From: Dehalococcoidia bacterium
GTDB lineage: Bacteria > Chloroflexota > Dehalococcoidia > Plut-88900
Reading direction: 5' to 3'
Assembly (NCBI GenBank): GCA_965207225.1
Contig: CBDBLV010000005.1
Coordinates: forward strand, 1,600,001-1,664,000
DNA: 64,000 bases
Shown here piece by piece: positions 36,126 to 46,806 of the stretch. The first letter of the stretch is position 1; every line of letters starts with the position of its first letter. The position numbers were made by a program, and so were the translations under genes. The notes below the pieces were generated by a model. That model did not search any database. It saw nothing but the letters and a program-made list of their open reading frames with translations, and was not told the DNA's origin.

Positions 36126-38783
36126 TTGAGGAGCGATGAGCTAAGACGGGAATTCCTGTCTTTCTATGAATCCAAGGGACACCTGGTCATACCCAGTTCG
36201 TCCCTCATTCCCATCGGGGATCCGACACTGCTGCTTACGAGCGCGGGGGTGGTGCAGATCAAGCCGTTCTTCACTGGTGAGGCGAAGGCGCCCGCGCCCC
36301 GGATTGCATCTTGCCAGAAGTGTTTCCGGACGACGGACATTGACTCGGTGGGGGATGCGGACCACCTGACATTCTTCGAAATGCTGGGTAATTTCAGCGT
36401 TGCAGACTATTTCAAGAAGGAAGCGATAGAGTGGGCCTGGGAGCTGGTGACGGGGCGGCTGAAGCTGCCGCCGGAGAGGCTGTGGGTAAGCGTTTTCCTG
36501 GATGACGACGAGTCGTACGAATACTGGCGGGGGCTGGGGGTGCCGGAGGAGCGGATGGTGCGGTACGACGAGAGCGAGAACTGGTGGGGGCCTCCTGGGG
36601 ACTCGGGGCCGTGCGGTCCATGCACGGAGATCTACTACGACTTCGGTGAAGAATTGTCGTGCGGCAAGCCCGACTGCGGCCCGGCCTGCGACTGCAACAG
36701 GTTCACGGAGTTTTATAACCTGGTGCTAACCGAATACTACCAGGACACCGAGGGCAACCGGACGCCTTTGCCCAACGGTAACATCGACACGGGCATGGGG
36801 CTAGAACGGACGGCGGCGATCCTGCAAGGCGTGACGAACGTCTATGAGACCGACGGTTTCCAGGCGATCATGGCGAAGGTGTCGGAGGTGACAGGACGGA
36901 GGTATGGGGCGGACCGGGATAGGGACGTGGCGATGCGGGTGCTGGCGGAGCACGGTCGGGGGACGACGTTCCTGGTCTGCGATGGAGTAGTGCCGTCCAA
37001 CGAGGGTCGGGGGTACGTGCTGAGGAGGATATTGCGTCGGGCGGTGACATACGCGAGGAAGTTGGGGGTGCGTAGACCGGTGCTAGTAACTATAGCGGAG
37101 ACGGTCATCGATAATATGAAGGAAGCCTACCCGGACCTGGAGCGGAACCGGGAGTTCGTGCTGAAGGTGATCGAGCAGGAAGAGGACCGTTTCCATGACA
37201 CCCTAGACGCGGGGATGGCTGAACTCAAGGCGATCATGGACGGGCAGTCTCGGGTGGAGGCGGATGGCCACATAACGATAGTCGATGATGAGATCAACCC
37301 CAGCACGGTATTCATGTTGTATGACACTTACGGATTTCCTGCCGAGCTTACACAAGAGTTTGCTGCCGAGCGCGGGTTTCGGGTGAACATGGCCGGATTC
37401 AACAGGGCGATGGAGGCGCAGAGAGCCAGGAGCAGGGCCGCCAAGGGGTTTGGCAGGGACAAGACCGCGGAAGCCTATGCAGCAGCGGGGGTGTGGACTA
37501 CCGAGTTCACGGGTTACGAGAACCTGGTCGGGGATTCGGTGGTTGTGGGGCTGTTGAGGGAGGGGGTGTCGGTGCAGAGGGTGGGAGAGGGTGAAGAGGT
37601 GGAAGTGGTGACTATGGAGACGCCGTTCTACGCCGAGGGCGGAGGCCAGGTCGGGGACAGGGGAGAGATAACAGGCGTGAGCGGGCGATTCTTGGTTGAA
37701 GACACGCAGGCGACTCAGCTTGGGTTCTACGTACACAGGGGGAGGGTAGTGGATGGCGAGATGGGTGTCGGGGAGCCGGTGAAGATGACGGTGGACCCGG
37801 GGCACAGGAGGGAGTCGACGCGGAACCATACAGCTACACACCTGCTGCATGCAGCGTTGAGGCAGGTACTGGGACAGCATGTCCGGCAGGCGGGGTCGCT
37901 GGTTGCGCCGGACAGGCTGAGGTTCGACTTCACGCACCCGGTGGGGTTGGGTCGGGGGGACCTGCAAAGTATCCGGGACCTGGTGAATGACAAGATTCGC
38001 TTGGACTTGTCGGTATCCAATGACTCGGCGCCTTATTCGGAGGCGATTAGCAGGGGGGCGCTGGCGTTCTTCGGGGACAAGTACCCGGACGTCGTGAGGC
38101 TGGTGTCGATGGGCGAGGGTAACGACAGGTTCAGCTTCGAGGTGTGCGGCGGGACGCACGTGGGCCGGACAGGAGAAGTTTGGAACTTCCAGGTTACGGA
38201 TGAAGGGAGCATAGGGTCGGGGCTGAGGAGGATTGAAGCGGTGACCGGGGCGTCGGTGCAGGAACTGCTGGCAAAGCGGTACGACCTGGTCGACGAGATA
38301 TCGGCGCAACTGCAGTCGGCGCCGGATGATATTGCGAAGAAGATAATGTCGTTGATGGAGGAGCTGGAAGCACAACGTAGGAGAGCTGATCGGCTGGAGC
38401 GGGATGCGGGGCGTCGGGAGGCTGAGGACCTGCTGACGCAGGTACAGGACGTTGACGGGGCCAAAGTGGTCGCAGCACGAGTTGACGCCCCGAATATCGA
38501 GACTATGCGGGAGATGGGAGACCTGCTTAAGGCGAAGCTGGGCAGCGTGTTCGTGGTGCTGGGGTCGGTGATCAATGACCGGCCAGCGTTCATAGCAATG
38601 GCCACACCCGACCTGGCGGCAAGGGGATTGCACGCAGGGAATATCGTGAAGCAGGTGGCCAAGGTTGCGGGAGGGGGAGGGGGAGGAAGTGCGGAGATGG
38701 CACAGGCGGGTGGGAAGGACAAGAGCAAGGTGTCGGCGGCGCTGGAGGAGGTGGCGAGGTTGGTTAGAGAGGGTGGGGGGTAA
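36126..38783 (+). CDS. alaS: Alanine--tRNA ligase
   Basis: DPTLLLTSAG, HLTFFEMLGNFS, IDTGMGLER, NHTATHLLH, CGGTH, GGGG...AQAGG. Confidence 0.99.
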   Translation: MRSDELRREFLSFYESKGHLVIPSSSLIPIGDPTLLLTSAGVVQIKPFFTGEAKAPAPRIASCQKCFRTTDIDSVGDADHLTFFEMLGNFSVADYFKKEAIEWAWELVTGRLKLPPERLWVSVFLDDDESYEYWRGLGVPEERMVRYDESENWWGPPGDSGPCGPCTEIYYDFGEELSCGKPDCGPACDCNRFTEFYNLVLTEYYQDTEGNRTPLPNGNIDTGMGLERTAAILQGVTNVYETDGFQAIMAKVSEVTGRRYGADRDRDVAMRVLAEHGRGTTFLVCDGVVPSNEGRGYVLRRILRRAVTYARKLGVRRPVLVTIAETVIDNMKEAYPDLERNREFVLKVIEQEEDRFHDTLDAGMAELKAIMDGQSRVEADGHITIVDDEINPSTVFMLYDTYGFPAELTQEFAAERGFRVNMAGFNRAMEAQRARSRAAKGFGRDKTAEAYAAAGVWTTEFTGYENLVGDSVVVGLLREGVSVQRVGEGEEVEVVTMETPFYAEGGGQVGDRGEITGVSGRFLVEDTQATQLGFYVHRGRVVDGEMGVGEPVKMTVDPGHRRESTRNHTATHLLHAALRQVLGQHVRQAGSLVAPDRLRFDFTHPVGLGRGDLQSIRDLVNDKIRLDLSVSNDSAPYSEAISRGALAFFGDKYPDVVRLVSMGEGNDRFSFEVCGGTHVGRTGEVWNFQVTDEGSIGSGLRRIEAVTGASVQELLAKRYDLVDEISAQLQSAPDDIAKKIMSLMEELEAQRRRADRLERDAGRREAEDLLTQVQDVDGAKVVAARVDAPNIETMREMGDLLKAKLGSVFVVLGSVINDRPAFIAMATPDLAARGLHAGNIVKQVAKVAGGGGGGSAEMAQAGGKDKSKVSAALEEVARLVREGGG

Positions 38784-38918
38784 GATGTTGGCTGAACAAT
38801 TCACCGTCACCCCACCCCTTCCGCTCTTGAGACCCTTCGACTCCGCTCAGGGCGAACGGAATGCCCTACACCACGGATTGGACGCGGGTCGGGTGTTGGA
38901 TAAGGTAAAGAGGGCGGA

Positions 38919-39344
38919 ATGCGGTTGATGGGGTTGGACGTGGGGGACGTGAGGATTGGGGTGGCGGTGAGCGATCCGACGGGTGTGGTGGTCGAGCCCA
39001 GGGATGCTGTGAAGGCTGGGACACGGGCGGGAGCCATTGAACAGATAGCTCAGTTAGTTGAGAGTGAAGAGATTGGTCAGGTTGTGGTTGGAATGCCGGT
39101 GTCGCTGGACGGGGGGGTGGGGAGGCAGGGGGAGAAGACGAAGGTGTTTGTGGAGTTGCTTGAAGAGCGGATATCGATTCCGGTGCGGACCTGGGACGAG
39201 AGTTACTCCTCGCTGGCGGCGGATGGGATTATGAGGGAGTCGGGGAGCAGGAAGGGACGGAGGACGGAGAGGCGGGACTCGGTGGCGGCAGCGGTGATAC
39301 TGGAGGAATACCTCAAGGGACGCGTAAGGGCACCGAACCCCTAA
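38919..39344 (+). CDS. ruvX: YqgF/RuvX-like nuclease
   Basis: GLDVGDVRIGVAVSD, VVGMP, WDESYSS, DSVAAAVIL; follows alaS. Confidence 0.95.
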   Translation: MRLMGLDVGDVRIGVAVSDPTGVVVEPRDAVKAGTRAGAIEQIAQLVESEEIGQVVVGMPVSLDGGVGRQGEKTKVFVELLEERISIPVRTWDESYSSLAADGIMRESGSRKGRRTERRDSVAAAVILEEYLKGRVRAPNP

Positions 39345-39361
39345 TCACTGGGTGATGTTCG

Positions 39362-40204
39362 ATGGGCAAGTCTCTAGGAATAATCGGCTACCCATTAGGG
39401 CACTCGATTTCTCCGATTTTCCAGCAGGCGGCATTGGATGCCGAGGGCATCAACGCGACTTACGAAGGCTGGGAGACGGCACCCGAGGACCTGGATAGCC
39501 GGCTGGAGAGCTTTCGGTCGGAGGGGTTTGTCGGGGCGAGCGTGACGATTCCACACAAAGAATCGGTGATGCCTTTACTGGACGACGTGAGTGAGACGGC
39601 AAGGCTGATCGGCAGTGTGAACACGATAGTGCACCGAGATAGCAAACTGTCTGGGCACAATACGGATGCGCCAGGCTTCCTGCGAGGGTTGAAAGAGCAA
39701 GGCGGTTTCGATCCGAAAGGGAAGGATGTTGTTGTAGTGGGGACAGGAGGGGCGGGTCGGGCTGTGGTATTCGGGCTGGCGGGGGAAGGGGTATCGTCGA
39801 TGATGCTGGTGAACCGGACGTTGAGTCGGGCGGAGAGGCTGGGGGAGGAGGTGTCGCAAGCGTTTCCGGCGTTGAGGTTGTCGGTGGAAGGGGAGATACC
39901 CGAAGGCGCTGAGTATGATTTGCTGGTGAATGGGACGTCTGTGGGGATGAGGCACACGGCGATGGAGGATGCGTCGCCCGTGCCACGGGAGCGGCTCGTG
40001 CCGGGGTCGCTGGTCTACGACCTGATATATAATCCTGAGGAGACGGCGCTGCTGAAGCTGGCTAAAGAGGTCGGGGCGAAGACCCTGGGTGGACTGCCGA
40101 TGCTGGTGTTCCAGGGGGCCGAGGCTTTCGAGCTGTGGTTTGGGCGCCGGGCCCCGGTGGAGGCGATGTTCAAGGCGGCACGAGAAGCGATGGCAAATAG
40201 ATGA
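39362..40204 (+). CDS. aroE: Shikimate dehydrogenase
   Basis: HSISP, VTIPHK, VNT, NTD, GTGGAGR, DLIYNP. Confidence 0.97.
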   Translation: MGKSLGIIGYPLGHSISPIFQQAALDAEGINATYEGWETAPEDLDSRLESFRSEGFVGASVTIPHKESVMPLLDDVSETARLIGSVNTIVHRDSKLSGHNTDAPGFLRGLKEQGGFDPKGKDVVVVGTGGAGRAVVFGLAGEGVSSMMLVNRTLSRAERLGEEVSQAFPALRLSVEGEIPEGAEYDLLVNGTSVGMRHTAMEDASPVPRERLVPGSLVYDLIYNPEETALLKLAKEVGAKTLGGLPMLVFQGAEAFELWFGRRAPVEAMFKAAREAMANR

Positions 40205-41391
40205 GTAATATCAGGTTCCTGACCAGCGGAGAGTCCCACGGACAGGGGCTCTCAATCATTATTGAGGGAATCCCCGCGGGGATAGCCGTGGACGAGGACT
40301 ACATCCGGGTAGACCTGGCGCGCCGTCAGAAGGGGTACGGGCGGGGGGGCCGGATGCAGATAGAGAAGGACAGGGCGCTTATTAAGTCGGGGGTGAGGCA
40401 CGGGGTCACGCTGGGGAGTCCAATCGGGATGTGGATAGAGAACAGGGACTGGGAGAACTGGCAGGAGGTGATGGCGGTGGAGGAGGTGAACGGGCAGGTG
40501 AAGAAGGTGACCCGGCTGAGGCCCGGCCACGCAGACATGCCCGGTATCCTGAAGTACAAGCAGGACGATGTCCGAAACATCCTTGAAAGGGCCAGCGCCC
40601 GGGAGACGGCGGCGCGGGTAGCTGTAGGGGCGGTGTGCAGGAAGCTGCTTGGGGAACTGGGCATTGCAATACATAGCAACACGCTGTCTATCGGGGGGCA
40701 CGAAGTCAGCAAACCGATGCCGGAGGACTGGGGGGTCGTGGAGGAGTCGGTGGTGCGGTGCCACGAGCCGGACGTCGAGGCGAAGATGATTGCGGCGATA
40801 GATGCTGCGAAGGAGTCGGGGGACACGGTGGGCGGGGTGTTCCAGGTGGTGGCTTCGGGGGTGCCGATAGGCATCGGGAGCCACGTACACTGGGACAGGA
40901 AGCTGGATGCCAACCTGGCGCAGGCGATGATGAGCATAAACGCTGTGAAGGGAGTGGAGGTGGGGCCGGGGTTCGAGCAGGCGCAGATGCTGGGGTCCCA
41001 GGTACACGACGTAATCGAGCCGTTCGACGGGCGCCGGGGGCGGACGTGGAAACGGATATCGAATCGGGCGGGGGGAATCGAGGGGGGGATGAGCAACGGT
41101 GAGGATATCGTGGTGCGGGTGGCGATAAAGCCGATATCGACGCTGGCAAAGCCTTTGCCGTCGGTGGACCTGGTCACGGGAGAGAAGATCCAGGCGCACT
41201 ATGAACGGAGCGACGTTTGCCAGGCGCCACCGGGAGGAATTGTGGGCGAGGCTATGATGGCTATAGTCCTGGCGGATGCAGTGATGGAGAAGTTCGGGGG
41301 GGACCACATCGAAGAGACTGTGCGGAACATGAAGTCGTACGTGGAGACGGTGGAAGGGCCCGTAGAAGCCGGAGCCTCAGTCGACTCCTAG
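40201..41391 (+). CDS. aroC: Chorismate synthase
   Basis: TSGESHG, RPGHAD, ERASARETAARV, GGIEGG, KPISTL, ERSD. Confidence 0.98.
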   Translation: MSNIRFLTSGESHGQGLSIIIEGIPAGIAVDEDYIRVDLARRQKGYGRGGRMQIEKDRALIKSGVRHGVTLGSPIGMWIENRDWENWQEVMAVEEVNGQVKKVTRLRPGHADMPGILKYKQDDVRNILERASARETAARVAVGAVCRKLLGELGIAIHSNTLSIGGHEVSKPMPEDWGVVEESVVRCHEPDVEAKMIAAIDAAKESGDTVGGVFQVVASGVPIGIGSHVHWDRKLDANLAQAMMSINAVKGVEVGPGFEQAQMLGSQVHDVIEPFDGRRGRTWKRISNRAGGIEGGMSNGEDIVVRVAIKPISTLAKPLPSVDLVTGEKIQAHYERSDVCQAPPGGIVGEAMMAIVLADAVMEKFGGDHIEETVRNMKSYVETVEGPVEAGASVDS

Positions 41392-41458
41392 ATCGGCCCC
41401 GACTACAGATGTGACCCATATCAACTGTTAGATTCGTTTATGTTGATAGTAGTCACTC

Positions 41459-43207
41459 ATGAATAACCGGCAACATACAAAAATCGGGGACTGGAACGTG
41501 TACCTGATCGGGTTTTCGGGGAGCGGGAAGTCGGCGATAGGGCGTCGGCTGGCGCGGAGGCTGCGTAGGCAGCACCTGGACATGGACGATGAGATCGCGG
41601 CTCGGGCGGGGGCGCCGGTCCCGGAGATATTCAGGCAGGAAGGGGAGCAGGGGTTCAGGGCCAGGGAGAGGGGTTTGCTGGAGGAGATCAGTGGAAGGAA
41701 GCGGCTGATAGTGTCGACGGGGGGTGGGGTGCCGCTGGACCCCGACAACCGGGCGGCGATGGCCGCGAGTGGGGTGGTGGTCTGCCTAGAAGCCAAGCCA
41801 GATTTCCTGTTCGGGAGGCTGAAGAGGCACCTGGGGAACGAGTCCAAGGGGCAGGTCCGGCCGCTGCTGGAGGGGGACGACCCGAAGAAGAGGATCGAGG
41901 CGCTCAAGGAATACCGCCAGCGGTTCTACGCGACTGCCGACTGGACCGTACACACCGATGATCTTACTTCGGACGAAGTCGTGCGGGAAGTGATCAGGGG
42001 GGTGAGGTATGGGCAGCGGAAGTTTGACAGGGACAAGGCACATACAACCGTGTTCCCGCCGGTTGAGGTGAGGGGACGAGAGGCTAATGCGCCGTACTGC
42101 CGAGACATGGGTGCGTCGTTCGTTGTGGAGACGCCCGGGGGCCGGTACCCGGTGTTTGTCGGGTGGGGGAACCTGTCGGAGATAGGGCAGCGGATGCGCA
42201 ACCTGGGATTGTCTGGGAAGGCGGCAGTGATTGCCGATGCGGGGGTGTTCGACATTCACGGGGAGAAGACCCTGGCGTCTCTGACAGCGGCAGGGTTTGA
42301 GGCTTCGGCTTACTCCGTGCCGTCGGGCGAGAGGAGCAAGTCAGAAGAGGCGCTTTCCAGCATGTACGACTGGATGGTTGAGCAAAGGCTGGAGCGAGGC
42401 AGCTCGGTGGTGGCGCTGGGAGGTGGGGTGGCGGGAGACCTGGCCGGCTACGCTGCGGCGACGTTCCTGAGGGGCGTCCCACTGGTACACGCCCCGACAA
42501 GCCTGCTGGCGATGACGGACTCGGCGATCGGGGGGAAGGTGGCTATAAACCACCCTCGTGCGAAGAACCTGATAGGGGCTTTCTACCAGCCGAGGCTGGT
42601 GCTTTCGGACGTGGAGACGCTGGGAACGCTGCCGCCTCGGGAGCTGGCGTCGGGGTGGGCGGAGACGATAAAGCACGGGATGATCATGGACCCGGACTTG
42701 CTGGACACGCTGGAGCGGGACATGGACAGGGTGCTGGCCCTGGACCCGGAGATGACCACGGAGATAGTGAAACGAAGTTCAGGGCTGAAGGGTAAGGTCG
42801 TGGGGGGGGACGAGAAGGAAGCCGGGTGGCGGATGATACTGAACTTCGGGCACACGATAGGGCATGCGCTGGAGGCGGCCACTGAGTACGGCGAACTCCT
42901 GCACGGGGAAGCGGTGTCTATTGGGATGATAGGAGCGGCAAGGCTGAGCCAGAAGCATGCGGGCCTGGGAGATGAGGCCGTGATCCGGATGTCGAACTTG
43001 CTGAAGGGATTTGGGCTGCCGTTCTCAATGCCTGAGCTTGACCCGGAGAGGCTGATAGAAGCGATGTTCCTGGATAAGAAGGTCCGGGGTAAAGCGATTC
43101 GCTGGGTGTTGCTGGAGGATGTCGGGAAGCCGGTGATCCGGGACGATATACCGATGGAGTCGGTGAGAGAGGTGTTGGCGGGGCTCGCGACAAGAGACAA
43201 TTCCTAG
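41459..43207 (+). CDS. aroB: Fused shikimate kinase / 3-dehydroquinate synthase (AroK-AroB)
   Basis: N-terminal GFSGSGKS, STGGG, RPLL; C-terminal GGGVAGDLAG, DSAIGGK, KNLIGAF, LNFGHTIGHALE, HGEAV. Confidence 0.95.
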   Translation: MNNRQHTKIGDWNVYLIGFSGSGKSAIGRRLARRLRRQHLDMDDEIAARAGAPVPEIFRQEGEQGFRARERGLLEEISGRKRLIVSTGGGVPLDPDNRAAMAASGVVVCLEAKPDFLFGRLKRHLGNESKGQVRPLLEGDDPKKRIEALKEYRQRFYATADWTVHTDDLTSDEVVREVIRGVRYGQRKFDRDKAHTTVFPPVEVRGREANAPYCRDMGASFVVETPGGRYPVFVGWGNLSEIGQRMRNLGLSGKAAVIADAGVFDIHGEKTLASLTAAGFEASAYSVPSGERSKSEEALSSMYDWMVEQRLERGSSVVALGGGVAGDLAGYAAATFLRGVPLVHAPTSLLAMTDSAIGGKVAINHPRAKNLIGAFYQPRLVLSDVETLGTLPPRELASGWAETIKHGMIMDPDLLDTLERDMDRVLALDPEMTTEIVKRSSGLKGKVVGGDEKEAGWRMILNFGHTIGHALEAATEYGELLHGEAVSIGMIGAARLSQKHAGLGDEAVIRMSNLLKGFGLPFSMPELDPERLIEAMFLDKKVRGKAIRWVLLEDVGKPVIRDDIPMESVREVLAGLATRDNS

Positions 43208-43220
43208 GAGGCCAAACTTA

Positions 43221-44954
43221 ATGTCACTGAGCAGCAAATTAAGGGTCAGCAAGGACGAGGTGGTCGCGGAGAACGGCGTTGTGGCAGCAAATCATGCCCT
43301 GTCCTCGGAGGCGGGGCTGGAGATGTTGAAGGCTGGTGGGAATGCCGTGGATGCGGCGGTGGCGACGGGAGTCGTGGCGTGCGTTGTGGAGCCGATGATG
43401 ACCAGCATTGGCGGGTGCGGGTTCATGCTGATACACCTGGCGGGCGAAGGGAAGTCTGTAGTAATAGAGTTCAGCCCCCGGGCCCCAGGGGCGGCGACTC
43501 TCGACATGTATACGGTGACGGAGTCGGCGATCATGGACATCGGGCTGCAGAGCGTAGCCAACGGCGAGAACATAATCGGCCCGAAGTCGGCAACCGTACC
43601 CGGATCGATTGCGGGGTTCTGCATGGCGCACAGCAGGTACGGGTCTCTGCCGCTGGAGCAGGTGCTGGAGCCGGCCATCCACATGGCGGAAGAGGGTTTC
43701 GAGGTGGACTGGTATACGGCGGCTTCGATATCCGACGAAATGGAGAGGCTGGTCAGGTATCCGGGCATATCGGGGCTGCTGTTGAACAGGGGATTTCCGC
43801 CGACAGTCGGGTCTAGGCTGGTCCAGAGGGAGTTGGGTCAGACGCTGAGGGCAATTGCGAAGTCGGGACGGGATGCGTTCTACAAGGGAGAGATTGCAGA
43901 GGCGATTGTCAAGGAGGTGCAGTCGGGCGGGGGCGTATTGTCGATGGAAGACATGGGGAGGTACGAGGCGGAGGAGGTGGAACCGGTCTCGGTGTCGTAC
44001 AGGGGGCACACGTTGCTCGGGGCGAGGGCGGTGAACGGCGGCACGACGGGGATGGAGACGCTTTCGATATTGAACAACATAGATCTCGGGGCGCGGGGGC
44101 ACAACAGTGTGGAGGCATTGCACCTTTTTATAGAGGCGACCCGGCACGCGTTTGCGGACCGGTACCGGTTCCTCGGGGACCCGGAGTACGTTTCGGTGCC
44201 GTTGAAGGGGCTGCTTTCCACGGGATACGGGGCTGCGCTGGCGGCGGAGATGGACCGGGTGAACGCCCGGCTGGAGGCCGAGGGGGACACCCCGCCTTGG
44301 CTGGCCTACGCGGACACGGCCATCCACGACCCGTGGGCCTTCGACCCGGGACAGGACGGCGCAGGCTACTCGATGTCGGGGCCTTCGCCGAAGTCGAGTA
44401 CGACACACCTGAGCGTGATAGACAAGGACCGGAATATGGTGTCCTGCACGCATACGATGGTGAACAGCTTCGGGTCGATGACCGCGTGTCGGGGGACGGG
44501 TGTGATACTGGCGGATGGCATGCTGTGGTTCAACCCGAGCCCCGGGCGTGCGAACTCGATAACGGGTTGGAAGAGGCCGCTGGTGAATATGTCGCCCATG
44601 CTGGTCCTGAAGGATGGTAAGCCGCTGATGACGGTCGGGGCGCCGGGAGGGCGGAAGATCATCAATGCGGTGACACAGGTTGTGATGAACGTGGTGGACT
44701 TCGGGATGGGGATGCAGGACGCGATAGCGGCTCCGAGGATCGATGCCAGCGGCCTGGATACCGCGTACCACGAGGCCATTGACCCGGATACGGTGGAGGC
44801 GTTGAAGGCGCGAGGACACCGGATGGTGATAGGGCCGGAGGACTATGCGAACCATAGCTTTGCGCGGCCCACCGGGGTGCTGGTAGACGAGGAGTCGGGG
44901 AGGTTGAGGGGAGGGGTGGACCTGCTGCGCCGTGCGGAGGCGAGGGGGTACTAG
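43221..44954 (+). CDS. ggt: Gamma-glutamyltransferase family protein
   Basis: GGNAVDAAVA, TVPG, TTHLSVID, NMSP, GAPGG. Confidence 0.93.
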   Translation: MSLSSKLRVSKDEVVAENGVVAANHALSSEAGLEMLKAGGNAVDAAVATGVVACVVEPMMTSIGGCGFMLIHLAGEGKSVVIEFSPRAPGAATLDMYTVTESAIMDIGLQSVANGENIIGPKSATVPGSIAGFCMAHSRYGSLPLEQVLEPAIHMAEEGFEVDWYTAASISDEMERLVRYPGISGLLLNRGFPPTVGSRLVQRELGQTLRAIAKSGRDAFYKGEIAEAIVKEVQSGGGVLSMEDMGRYEAEEVEPVSVSYRGHTLLGARAVNGGTTGMETLSILNNIDLGARGHNSVEALHLFIEATRHAFADRYRFLGDPEYVSVPLKGLLSTGYGAALAAEMDRVNARLEAEGDTPPWLAYADTAIHDPWAFDPGQDGAGYSMSGPSPKSSTTHLSVIDKDRNMVSCTHTMVNSFGSMTACRGTGVILADGMLWFNPSPGRANSITGWKRPLVNMSPMLVLKDGKPLMTVGAPGGRKIINAVTQVVMNVVDFGMGMQDAIAAPRIDASGLDTAYHEAIDPDTVEALKARGHRMVIGPEDYANHSFARPTGVLVDEESGRLRGGVDLLRRAEARGY

Positions 44955-45026
44955 GCAGAGAGCCTCGGGAGTCTGATATAGTAGCGGGCCGAGGGTCTAC
45001 AAGAGTCTGAGAGACGGGGAGTCGAC

Positions 45027-46220
45027 ATGCGCTTCGACAGCAACATCTATTACCACGAGGTCGAGCAGTACCCGGCGGATAAGCTGACGCAGGAGTGGAA
45101 GGAGACCGCGCTTCTTTACGACCAGACCGACTTCACGGGTGTCTGGGTGGGCGAGCACCACTTCTGGTACAGCGGGTGGCCGGTGGCGGCGCCGAACCCC
45201 GTGCAAGTGTGCACTTTCTTCGCGGGGCTGACGGAGCGGATCAGGGTCGGGCAGACGGCGTGCATACTGCCGGACTGGAACCCGATCAGGCTGGCGGAAG
45301 AGCTGGCGATGCTGGACAACATGTGCAAGGGTCGGCTGGACGTGGGCATAGCTAGGGGCACGGACAGCACAGCGAGCATCCAGTTCAACGTCAATGCCAA
45401 CCGTCGGGACCGGGAGACCAACTACGCACTGTTCAGCGAGACGCTGGACATATTGCTTAAGGCCTGGGGTGAGGGCGCGTTCAGCCACGAGGGCCGGTTC
45501 TACACGTACCCGGTGCCGGGGTGGAAGGAGAAGGACCCAGAGATCTACTCAGGGGACCCGACCCACTTTGCGGAGGACGGCGAGTTGATAGGCCTCCACG
45601 TGATGCCGAAGCCGTACCAGAAGCCCCGGCCTCCGATCTACCAGGCCGCGGACAGCACAAGCTCATACACGTTTGCGGGGAGTCGGGGGATATGCACGAC
45701 AACGGTGGGCAGGACGTTCGAAGGGGTGAGGGAAGCTTGGTATGCGTACCAGGAAGCAGCGACTAATGCGTCGGGGCAGGATATCCAGTTTGCGAGGACG
45801 CCGGACGGGTTGAGCCTTAACGTTATGAGGCTTACGCACGTGGCGGAGACGCAGGAGCAGGCTGAGAAGGAGGCGAGGGCGGGGGTCAATGCGTTCTTCC
45901 GGGCTGCGGTTGGTGTCAACGACCGATGGGGTCGGAAGGGATCGGTGGCGGAGGGCGAGGAACTGACGGACGACGACCTGAACATGGACTGGTTCGACTT
46001 TGCGCAGAAGAAGGAGATTATCTGGGTCGGGTCTCCGGATTACGTGGCGGAGAAGATTGCGCACCTGCAGGAGGACCTGGACTGCCAGCACGTGACCCTA
46101 TGGCCTAACCCCGGGTTCGTGCCCTTCTCTACGGTATATCACAGCCTGGAACTGTTCAACGAGCGGGTGATTCCGCAGTTTGCGCGGGCGGGGAGTCGGG
46201 CCCCTGTGGCGGCTTCGTAG
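45027..46220 (+). CDS. LLM-class flavin-dependent oxidoreductase
   Basis: VWVGEHHF, WNPIRLAEELAMLD, GRLDVGIARG, PKPYQKPRPP. Confidence 0.93.
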   Translation: MRFDSNIYYHEVEQYPADKLTQEWKETALLYDQTDFTGVWVGEHHFWYSGWPVAAPNPVQVCTFFAGLTERIRVGQTACILPDWNPIRLAEELAMLDNMCKGRLDVGIARGTDSTASIQFNVNANRRDRETNYALFSETLDILLKAWGEGAFSHEGRFYTYPVPGWKEKDPEIYSGDPTHFAEDGELIGLHVMPKPYQKPRPPIYQAADSTSSYTFAGSRGICTTTVGRTFEGVREAWYAYQEAATNASGQDIQFARTPDGLSLNVMRLTHVAETQEQAEKEARAGVNAFFRAAVGVNDRWGRKGSVAEGEELTDDDLNMDWFDFAQKKEIIWVGSPDYVAEKIAHLQEDLDCQHVTLWPNPGFVPFSTVYHSLELFNERVIPQFARAGSRAPVAAS

Positions 46221-46247
46221 GGTCTTTCGCCAACAACGCTTGAATAC

Positions 46248-46280
46248 AAGCGCCGTACGCTATTGGAGCGTACGGCGCTT
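46248..46280. terminator. Likely bidirectional terminator hairpin
   Basis: Perfect 14-bp stem AAGCGCCGTACGCT/AGCGTACGGCGCTT between convergent genes. Confidence 0.7.
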
Positions 46281-46319
46281 CAATTTTGTAGCAGCTTGAA
46301 CGGTCGTGGGTCTCACTCC

Positions 46320-46470
46320 GCTCATATCCTTCGACAGAGCTCAGGACATGCTTCGAGTGGCCTCAGCATAAGCGCCCCCTCCCACAAGGAAATATGATGA
46401 GTGTATATGCCTAGAAGTCTGCGGTGAGCAGGCAGGCATTTGAGATCCCTCGCGGGGCCTCGGGATGAGA
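46320..46470. repeat. Degenerate Y and X repeats
   Basis: CTTCGAGTGGCCTCAGCAT at 46351; AGATCCCTCGCGGGGCCTCGGGATGA at 46443. Confidence 0.75.
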
Positions 46471-46488
46471 CAAAGATTTGTGGGGGGG

Positions 46489-46764
46489 TTAGCCGCCGGC
46501 TACGGCGGGGACGATGCTGACTTCGTCGCCGCTGCTGACGGTGGTGGTTATGCCGTCCTTGAAGCGGATGTCCTCGCCGTTGACGTAGACGTTCACGAAG
46601 CGGTGGAGTTCCCCACTATCAGCGACGAGTCGGGCCTTGATCCCAGGGTGCTGTGCATCGAGCGAGTCGATACACTCCCTGATGTTCGTCCCTTCAACGG
46701 TGGCGCTGCTCTCTCCGTTGGTCATGCGACGAAGGGGGGTAGGGATCTTAAGGCTGACGCTCAT
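46489..46764 (-). CDS. MoaD/ThiS/CysO-like ubiquitin-fold sulfur carrier
   Basis: KIPTPLR, FVNVYVNGEDIRF, C-terminal PAVAGG. Confidence 0.93.
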   Translation of the reverse strand: MSVSLKIPTPLRRMTNGESSATVEGTNIRECIDSLDAQHPGIKARLVADSGELHRFVNVYVNGEDIRFKDGITTTVSSGDEVSIVPAVAGG

Positions 46765-46806
46765 TTAGGGGACCTCCTGAGTTCTTTTCCGCAAATCCGT
46801 ATGAAA

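Noticed and set aside
37203-38810. Long antisense ORFs (also 40252-41307, 43239-44855, 53174-54640, 59685-60698)
   Set aside because: Shadows of well-supported genes in high-GC DNA; biased composition and no motifs.
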